Positions 25,548-32,000 of a DNA stretch of 32,000 bases are shown here, piece after piece. Numbering within the stretch: the first letter of the stretch is position 1; each line of letters opens with the position of its first letter. The translations under genes were made by a program, and so were the position numbers. The DNA comes from an uncultured bacterium (lineage in GTDB: Bacteria > GCA-001730085): NCBI GenBank assembly GCA_964565945.1, contig CAZMGY010000024.1:1-32000 (forward strand). The letters are read 5' to 3'. Under the pieces are notes generated by a model. That model searched no databases, was not told the DNA's origin, and saw nothing but the letters and a program-made list of their open reading frames with translations.

Positions 25548-26438
25548 TTAGAAGTGTTGAAAACCTATTTGCTGAATATCAGAACCATCTTTCCAAGTAA
25601 GATCGGGATAAGAGGAATCGATACGGCCAATCAAAGAAATCTTAAAAGGAGCCGCATCCAATAGGCTGTGCTGATCATCAGACAAAGTCACAAGAAGCTC
25701 AAAATCTTCGCCATCCGACAAAGCCGCCTTCAAAGCATCTTCAGACGACAAGGATGAACAGATTTTGGACACTGGAATCTGATTAGGATCCAACCAAGCG
25801 CCCTTTTGTTGAGAAGCCGTCATAAGATGACGCAAGTCCCCCACTAAACCATCACTGATATCTATCATTGAACTGGGACGACAATGCTGAACTAACCATT
25901 GCGCTTCATTTATACACGGAACAAAGGAATAATGCTTACTTGCACGACTTCCCCCCAAAGACCCTGTCACACAGACCCAATCCCCATCTTGCACTCCAGA
26001 TCGGTAAACAACCTTCCCCTTAGCAGCTTTAGCTAAGATGGTCACACTCAAAATCAAACGATCCGAAGCAACAGTATCTCCACCAATAATCGCTATGTTC
26101 CAACACTGGTTAAGTGTCTTGATCCCCTCGTACATCTGCAAAACCTGTTGTTCCGTTAGCCCCTTAGGTAAACCCAAAGAAATCAACATAGCTTCGGGTA
26201 CACCCCCCATTGCCGCAATGTCGCTCACATTAACGGCTGCGGCCTTATAACCGATTTGCTCAAAGGTCATTTCATCCAAAGCAAAGTGAACATCTTGCAC
26301 CAGCATATCAGTCGATACCAAAGTGACTTCATCTTCGTTGTGCGGTAAAACCGCACAATCATCACCGATACCAACCATGTCAGCAGGTACTAAACCATAC
26401 TTTGCTTGAATCTGTTCAATCAGTTTAAATTCATTCAT
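25548..26438 (-). CDS. thiL: thiamine-monophosphate kinase
   Basis: GIGDDCAVL and the AIR-synthase-like fold motifs DISDGL and GEDFELL. Start placed at MNEFKLIEQI (ATG 26436-26438), which overlaps the mtnA 3' end by 8 nt. Confidence 0.85.
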   Translation of the reverse strand: MNEFKLIEQIQAKYGLVPADMVGIGDDCAVLPHNEDEVTLVSTDMLVQDVHFALDEMTFEQIGYKAAAVNVSDIAAMGGVPEAMLISLGLPKGLTEQQVLQMYEGIKTLNQCWNIAIIGGDTVASDRLILSVTILAKAAKGKVVYRSGVQDGDWVCVTGSLGGSRASKHYSFVPCINEAQWLVQHCRPSSMIDISDGLVGDLRHLMTASQQKGAWLDPNQIPVSKICSSLSSEDALKAALSDGEDFELLVTLSDDQHSLLDAAPFKISLIGRIDSSYPDLTWKDGSDIQQIGFQHF

Positions 26439-27483
26439 TAGAAACCAAAACTTCGGATGACAGATTTTCAATTTTGACATCAAAGGGAGGATACAAAACA
26501 CCTTGATCGGTGATCAAAGCTGTCACCAGCTCGTTAGGTGTCACATCAAAAGCAGGATTGTAAATAGTCACATCCAAGGGGGCGGTTTGATTACCAAACC
26601 CATGCACAATTTCATGACTCTCGCGCTCTTCAATCGGAATGCTTTTTCCTGAAGACAACGAGGTATCAAAAGTTGAAAAAGGTGCCGCCACATAAAAAGG
26701 AATGTGGTGTTTTTCGGCCAACACAGCCAAATTATAGGTTCCAATTTTGTTGGCCACATCACCATTGGCTACAATGCGATCGGCTCCAACGATAATTGCA
26801 TTTACACCCTTATCACGAATCACATGGGCCGCCATATTGTCAGCGATCACGGTCACATCAATCCCCGCCTGACTCAATTCCCAAGCCGTGAGTCGCGACC
26901 CCTGCAACAGAGGCCTAGTTTCATCGGCAAATATCTTGAGATGCTTGCCCTGTTTCTGTGCTTCGTACATAACAGATAAAGCAGTCCCTGCTCCACCAGT
27001 AGCTAAAGCCCCAGCATTGCAATGGGTTAGCACTACAGATTGTTCATCCAAAAGCTCTGAGCCAAACTGCCCTATTCGCTGGCACAAAGCTTTATCCTCT
27101 TTATGAATCGCGTGAGCTTCTTTCAATAAAATCGCTTTCACTCGAGCCAAGTCGTTAACTTCTCGTACCTTGTCATGACAACGCCTTAAAGCCCATTCCA
27201 AATTAACAGCCGTCGGGCGACACTCTACCAAATAGCTCAAACGTTCTTCAAAAAAGATCCAAAAAGCGCTCATATCTTGATCGTTATCATAATCCTTGAC
27301 CGCTAAATACAAACCATAGGCGCCAGCAATCCCAATGGCTGGCGCGCCACGCACTTGCAAACGCTTAATCGCATCCCAAACATCTTCGACAGTCTCGCAA
27401 TCTCGATACACCAATTCTTGAGGAAGTCGTGTCTGATCAATCAAACACACATGAGTCTCTTTCCATTCTATCGTTTCAAACAT
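26431..27483 (-). CDS. mtnA: S-methyl-5-thioribose-1-phosphate isomerase (eIF-2B alpha/beta/delta family)
   Basis: LIDQTRLP, VRGAPAIG, THCNAGALAT, GADRIVANGDVANKIGTY. GAGGAG Shine-Dalgarno 8 nt upstream. Confidence 0.85.
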   Translation of the reverse strand: MFETIEWKETHVCLIDQTRLPQELVYRDCETVEDVWDAIKRLQVRGAPAIGIAGAYGLYLAVKDYDNDQDMSAFWIFFEERLSYLVECRPTAVNLEWALRRCHDKVREVNDLARVKAILLKEAHAIHKEDKALCQRIGQFGSELLDEQSVVLTHCNAGALATGGAGTALSVMYEAQKQGKHLKIFADETRPLLQGSRLTAWELSQAGIDVTVIADNMAAHVIRDKGVNAIIVGADRIVANGDVANKIGTYNLAVLAEKHHIPFYVAAPFSTFDTSLSSGKSIPIEERESHEIVHGFGNQTAPLDVTIYNPAFDVTPNELVTALITDQGVLYPPFDVKIENLSSEVLVSNE

Positions 27484-27570
27484 TTTACAAGCTCCTCATA
27501 CTGCTCAGCCTCAATATACACTATTTGACATACTAATATGCAATCTATTACAAAATACTTTAACAAAGAA

Positions 27571-28035
27571 TTAGGATTTAGGCTCAAACTCTAAGGCAGA
27601 AGAGTTAATGCAATATCTTAGGCCTGTTGGCTCAGGACCATCAGGAAAAACATGTCCCAAATGACCCTCACAACAAATGCAGTGTACTTCGGCGCGCGTG
27701 CTCCACAAAGATCTTTCTTCTTTGATGCCAATAGATTCTTTGGACAAAGGCTTCCAATAGCTTGGCCAACCTGTCCCCGACTCGTATTTGTGTTCCGAAG
27801 AAAATAGTTTTTCGCCACATCCCGCACAAACATAGGTTCCCAATTTTTTATTATCCCAATATTTTCCTGTAAATGCCCTTTCCGTACCTTCATGACGCAG
27901 CACTTTGTATTGCATAGACGTTAATTGCTCTTTCCATTCTCGGTTGGATTTAATCACTTTGTTGTCCATAGCCACTCCTTCACACCAAGGGATCAAAAGC
28001 CCTAATAGGCTCATTATCCAAATCCATTTATACAT
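27571..28035 (-). CDS. msrB: peptide-methionine (R)-S-oxide reductase with an N-terminal signal peptide
   Basis: Two zinc CxxC pairs (CAGCG, CICCEG), GWPSY, and the catalytic RYCINS. The N-terminus is hydrophobic (MYKWIWIMSLLGLLIPW). Confidence 0.9.
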   Translation of the reverse strand: MYKWIWIMSLLGLLIPWCEGVAMDNKVIKSNREWKEQLTSMQYKVLRHEGTERAFTGKYWDNKKLGTYVCAGCGEKLFSSEHKYESGTGWPSYWKPLSKESIGIKEERSLWSTRAEVHCICCEGHLGHVFPDGPEPTGLRYCINSSALEFEPKS

Positions 28036-28099
28036 TACAGATGGCTCCTATGAATATGCACCCCTATTGTATGGACTTAAGTCGAAAAAAAGAAGAGTT

Positions 28100-28777
28100 T
28101 TAACTTACCTTATCAAATAGACGTTGGACAACGAAATCTTCAATCATATCAAGAATACGAGACGAGGTATTCACAAAGCGCAGTCCGTAGGTGTATAGAA
28201 AATCATCATTATCTATAGGGTTATGCCCCCCCCACACAACCACGCACAAATTATCAGCTTCCACCTTTTCTTCCAAATTGAACAAAATATAGATGTAGTC
28301 TCCAACTTCGACATGCTCATTGGCCTGCATAGCCACACCAGTCTTGCAAATATTAACCAAAAAGGACTCTTGAATGTGGCGCATGGGCTCAAAATGATCC
28401 CCCTCAACCATCACAGCATCACACAAAATACTTTGATGAACATTCATCCGAGGGTACTGACGTCTCTCGATATGCCAACCCGACTCAGTTGGCTTTAACA
28501 TAAGTCTTAAACAACCATCCTTGCGACTGATACCTTCACACGATAAATGAAAGCCCATAATACCTTTTTTCCCATAAAAAATAGCCAACATAGTAGGACC
28601 TAAAGGAACTTTTCTGAGCAACTCTTCATTGTCCCCAGACACAAGGAGACTATCGGCACTTGCTTCTTCAATAACCACCTTAAGCTCCTGGGAATTCTGC
28701 CCCTCCGAAAAGATAAGCACCATCATATTTTGCAAATTTAACATATCTTTAATTTCTGCAAACGAAAAAACTTCCAT
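28100..28777 (-). CDS. YcgR-like c-di-GMP receptor (PilZN-like N-domain plus PilZ domain)
   Basis: RRQYPR (RxxxR) followed by NICKTG, a (D/N)xSxxG variant with Cys in place of Ser. Start moved to the ATG at 28775-28777 because GGAGGAGGG sits immediately upstream. Confidence 0.7.
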   Translation of the reverse strand: MEVFSFAEIKDMLNLQNMMVLIFSEGQNSQELKVVIEEASADSLLVSGDNEELLRKVPLGPTMLAIFYGKKGIMGFHLSCEGISRKDGCLRLMLKPTESGWHIERRQYPRMNVHQSILCDAVMVEGDHFEPMRHIQESFLVNICKTGVAMQANEHVEVGDYIYILFNLEEKVEADNLCVVVWGGHNPIDNDDFLYTYGLRFVNTSSRILDMIEDFVVQRLFDKVS

Positions 28778-28851
28778 TGAGCCCTCCTCCACACTAATTG
28801 TTTTCTCTAAAATTAAAGGATAACATATTATTTAATACAAATCAATATTCT

Positions 28852-29895
28852 TTAACTGTTTTTAATATCGAATTCAAAAACGTGATTCACCGCTTGAGAT
28901 AAAATGCGATCCATGGAAACAAGATGTAACTTGTAACGACCCGCCGCAACCCTCTCGGGCATCTTAAGTCGCAGGGTCAGAGGAAATGAACGCGCGTCTC
29001 GATCTAACGGCATCACCATACGACGGTTCACCCAATACGGAATATCGAGAACAATATCATAATCTTCATTCGTCACAGAAGCATGCATTTGAAGCCACAC
29101 CTCTCCTTGGGTTGTTTGTCTTAGATTATCAAAAACTATATTCAACCAAATTGGATCCCCTCGATCAAAAACTTTCGCCAGCTTTTCAGGCACTAAAGCT
29201 CCACTGTAGAGCCTCGCTTTCCTAACCAGAAAAGGAAATGTTTTCCAAGACTTAGAGTTTTCCGAAAGCTCCAAAGGCTGCTCAGCTGGACGTAAATCAA
29301 ACCCCGTTCGAGCTTCTTGGATATGACAAATCATTCGCTTCACACCTTTCTGCATAAGATGCTCTCGCAAAAGAGCTTTATCTTGATCGGTTCGAAAAGA
29401 TAACGAACGATCTTCGACCGTTTGATAGACATCAATCATTGTCTCTTCGAGCACGTGAACTTGGCGGGTATCGTACAAACGATACCCCACCTCCATCGCC
29501 ATGGTGGTTTCAATTTTAAGATGCTCTTGGTCCGAAACAACCTTTTCTTGAATATCAAACAGGCCAACGTGCCCCACAAGAACCGCATCAACATTGAGCA
29601 ACTTACCAATATCTTGAATCACTTTGGAGCCAAAAGGCTGTTCAAAAAGGTAGGGGTAGTGCACTTGCAGTTGTATCAAAACTCCTTCATCAGTCACTGC
29701 AAAAAAGCCTTTATCTCCCAAAGCCTTCCTTAATAAAACTGCAAAGGCAATTCCATGATCCTCGGAACCAGAAAAATCGAGCACGCATACCTTTTGAATG
29801 GACTTAGGAATAAAAGCATTCAGATCGCTCTCCAAGGTTCCCCAACATAAGCTAACAACAATGCTTAAGATCCCAAGTTTAAGACGCAGACGCAT
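28852..29895 (-). CDS. exported protein of unknown function: CsgG/LpoB-like N-terminal alpha/beta domain plus a beta-rich C-terminal domain
   Basis: The ORF-track start lies deep inside pepA. The internal ATG at 29893-29895 has GGAGA 4 nt upstream and gives the signal peptide MRLRLKLGILSIVVSLCWG. The segment KVCVLDFSGS..FAVLLRKALGDKGFFAV..IGKLLNVDAVLVGHV matches the pattern I remember from periplasmic CsgG-like lipoproteins. Confidence 0.5.
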   Translation of the reverse strand: MRLRLKLGILSIVVSLCWGTLESDLNAFIPKSIQKVCVLDFSGSEDHGIAFAVLLRKALGDKGFFAVTDEGVLIQLQVHYPYLFEQPFGSKVIQDIGKLLNVDAVLVGHVGLFDIQEKVVSDQEHLKIETTMAMEVGYRLYDTRQVHVLEETMIDVYQTVEDRSLSFRTDQDKALLREHLMQKGVKRMICHIQEARTGFDLRPAEQPLELSENSKSWKTFPFLVRKARLYSGALVPEKLAKVFDRGDPIWLNIVFDNLRQTTQGEVWLQMHASVTNEDYDIVLDIPYWVNRRMVMPLDRDARSFPLTLRLKMPERVAAGRYKLHLVSMDRILSQAVNHVFEFDIKNS

Positions 29896-31300
29896 GAGTC
29901 TCCAACCATTGAGAAAGCAACCGCACTCCAAAACCCGTGGCATGTTTAGGCACATAACCTTTCGCCTCTCCATCGTTGTTAGCCACACCAGCAATATCCA
30001 AGTGCGCCCAAGCGGTTTTGCCAACAAACTCTTGCAAAAAGGTAGCTGCCGTTATAGAACCAGCATGACCACGACCAAGGTTCGAAAGATTATTCAAATC
30101 AGCCAAGTCACCCTTCATCGCATCGGAATATTCTTGATAAAGAGGTAAACGCCATAAACGTTCATGCGTTTGCTCTCCCGCTTGAAACAAACTTTCCGCA
30201 AGGTCATCATTGTTTGCAAAAAGTCCCGCCACAATGCTACCAAACGACACCAAAATAGCTCCCGTCAAAGTGGCTAAATTAACCATCTCTGTAGGTTTGT
30301 AGGTTTCACTTACATACGTTAGAGCATCCGCCAAAATCAAGCGCCCTTCGGCATCAGTGTTTTTGATTTGAACAGTTTTGCCTGAGTAAGATCTGTAAAT
30401 ATCCCCAGGAAAATAAGCATCTCCACCAATCGCATTGTAAGCAGCCGCCACGGCGCACACCACATTCACTTTAAGACCCAAAGCGACAACCGTCTTGAAC
30501 AGGCCCAAGGTAGTTGCTGCTCCAGCCATATCGTAACGCATGGTTTCGATACTGCCCGAAGGCTTTAAATTCAATCCCCCTGTATCAAAAGTGATCCCTT
30601 TACCAACCACAGCCCTCACCTTTTTTGAATCGGGATTTCCTTTGTATTCAAGGATGATCAATCGAGGAGGATAAGGCCCACCTTGCCCCACTGCTTGCAA
30701 CAAGCCCATACCTTCTTTGGCTATCTTTTTTTCATCAAAAATAGTTACTTTACACTCTTTATGAGCTTTAACCATCTCCTTCGCTTGATCAGCCAAATAA
30801 GCTGGCGTGACCACATGAGCCATCTCATTCACCAAATCCCGGGTGTAAGACGTACCTTCGGCAATGGTTTGAGCATAAGTAATATCTGCAGAAGCAACTT
30901 TAGCTCCGACCAAATCAACCGATTTTAACGCTTTGGATGATCCTTTGTCTGTTTTATACTTATCAAAGCAATAATTTTTTAAAATCAAAGCTTCGGTTAC
31001 AGCCTTGGTCATATCACTTACATCAATGCTTTTAAGATCAGGCACAAGGAGAGATACATTCTCTTTCTTAATTTTTTGCGCTTCAGAAACAGCCAAAGCG
31101 ACCGCATGACGTACACTCTCTAAAGTCACTTTTTTTTCGTCACCAAGGCCAACATGAATTTTGGTGGCTGTCGGGCAATACAAAACAACAACTTCTTTGT
31201 TATCTCCCGAGAATTCTTTGATTTTTTTAGATTGCTCTTTGCTAAGTAAAATTAAATGTGTTTTGATTCGTGCCGATTTGCTTGCTTGAATTTTAATCAT
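29879..31300 (-). CDS. pepA: leucyl aminopeptidase (M17)
   Basis: VGKGITFDTGGLNLKP and NTDAEGRLILADAL signatures. GGGAG Shine-Dalgarno upstream. Confidence 0.9.
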   Translation of the reverse strand: MIKIQASKSARIKTHLILLSKEQSKKIKEFSGDNKEVVVLYCPTATKIHVGLGDEKKVTLESVRHAVALAVSEAQKIKKENVSLLVPDLKSIDVSDMTKAVTEALILKNYCFDKYKTDKGSSKALKSVDLVGAKVASADITYAQTIAEGTSYTRDLVNEMAHVVTPAYLADQAKEMVKAHKECKVTIFDEKKIAKEGMGLLQAVGQGGPYPPRLIILEYKGNPDSKKVRAVVGKGITFDTGGLNLKPSGSIETMRYDMAGAATTLGLFKTVVALGLKVNVVCAVAAAYNAIGGDAYFPGDIYRSYSGKTVQIKNTDAEGRLILADALTYVSETYKPTEMVNLATLTGAILVSFGSIVAGLFANNDDLAESLFQAGEQTHERLWRLPLYQEYSDAMKGDLADLNNLSNLGRGHAGSITAATFLQEFVGKTAWAHLDIAGVANNDGEAKGYVPKHATGFGVRLLSQWLETHASAS

Positions 31301-31372
31301 GGTTTCAGACTCCCTTTAGCATTTGTGTGTCTTATCGTACTCAATGCACGCTTGATTGACAAGTCAACATCA

Positions 31373-32000
31373 TCACCCCTCCTTCATCCAACGATGCGTA
31401 CCTAAACCACACGCAACATCATTTTTTTGCCAGGCACAAGCCAATGCCCTCAAAGCCTGAAGTCCCACTTCTGATTCAAAACAAGAGCTAATCACTAGCG
31501 CGCACGAATGGCTTTGTGCCAAATCACGCAAAGGCTTCAGTCGATCCAGGCCCCCCACCAATGTTGGCTTAACAACTAAAGCCTTAAAGACATCCATCGA
31601 AGAGCGCCAATCCCAATCGTTCCAATAGAGACTCTCATCTAAGGCAAGGGGCACCTTCGTTTGCTCCATCAAAAGAAGCCAATCATTCGGATCCTTACAA
31701 GGCTCTTCAATGAATTCAAGCGGCCAAGAGGCCGTTTGCTCACAAAAATCAAGGACATCGTGCAAACTCCAGGCCCGATTAGCATCGATGCGTAAGTGAC
31801 GAGGCCGGTAGAGCTCAACTACCTGTTGGACACGTTCAATATCTTCTGCTACAGGCAACTCCCCCACCTTAAGCTTAAGCGTAGATCCTAAAGACACATC
31901 TGCACCTTCGCGATATAATTCAGCAACTGGCAATTTTTCTAGAGGAATCGGCAAGGTATCAGACCACCATTGAGCTAAAGAACATTGGTTTTGCAACGCT
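31373..32000 (-). CDS. menC: o-succinylbenzoate synthase (enolase superfamily); 5' end lies outside the window
   Basis: LRIDANRAW, FIEEP and ALDESL metal-ligand motifs. The frame is still open at base 32000. Confidence 0.7.
   Translation of the reverse strand, partial: ALQNQCSLAQWWSDTLPIPLEKLPVAELYREGADVSLGSTLKLKVGELPVAEDIERVQQVVELYRPRHLRIDANRAWSLHDVLDFCEQTASWPLEFIEEPCKDPNDWLLLMEQTKVPLALDESLYWNDWDWRSSMDVFKALVVKPTLVGGLDRLKPLRDLAQSHSCALVISSCFESEVGLQALRALACAWQKNDVACGLGTHRWMKEG

Noticed and set aside
29896-30027. N-terminal 44 codons of the 391-aa ORF, overlapping the pepA C-terminus.
   Set aside because: pepA is clearly the coding frame there. The internal ATG has a proper SD and yields a canonical signal peptide.
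1-32000. Scan for tRNA, rRNA, CRISPR arrays, IS elements, integrases, toxin-antitoxin pairs or known defence genes.
   Set aside because: I found no cloverleaf-like or rRNA-like segments, no periodic direct-repeat arrays, no transposase or recombinase motifs and no long terminal inverted repeats. Intergenic regions are short except 11402-11993.

Overview
Densely coded chromosomal window with about 30 credible genes, all but three on the minus strand. It comes from a respiring, Gram-negative-type bacterium. I cannot assign a taxon from sequence alone; the short HemA, the hemY-hemE-hemN cluster and a dcw cluster that stops at murE are only weak hints. Left to right: (1) a partial exported protein. 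(2) A redox operon: small membrane ORF, SCO1, FprA-type NADPH:ferredoxin reductase, 7Fe ferredoxin, DUF423. (3) An ~8 kb co-directional sugar-tailoring and lipid-carrier glycosylation cluster: GT-C-like polytopic protein, ArnC/GtrB-like GT2, orphan ORF, 2OG/Fe(II) oxygenase, a beta-propeller gene with two in-frame stops, ATP-grasp ligase, Amidohydro_2 hydrolase, WecE-type aminotransferase. (4) A ~590 bp degraded spacer. (5) A membrane-anchored hexahaem cytochrome c. (6) Haem biosynthesis: hemA divergent from hemY-hemE-hemN. (7) mraZ-rsmH-ftsL-ftsI-murE, ending in a GT9 heptosyltransferase instead of murF. (8) mtnA-thiL, then an exported MsrB. (9) menC (partial), pepA, an exported CsgG/LpoB-like protein, and a YcgR-like PilZ protein. 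I recognised no rRNA, tRNA, CRISPR array, IS element, integrase or convincing intrinsic terminator. The best candidate for an undescribed system is the Arn-like cluster at 3466-11389. It keeps the aminotransferase, polyprenyl-P GT2 and GT-C logic of lipid A aminoarabinose modification, but carries ATP-grasp, amidohydrolase and oxygenase tailoring enzymes instead. The second candidate is the PilZ plus exported-protein pair at 28100-29895. All family calls come from motif recognition by eye and remembered homologues; no searches were run.
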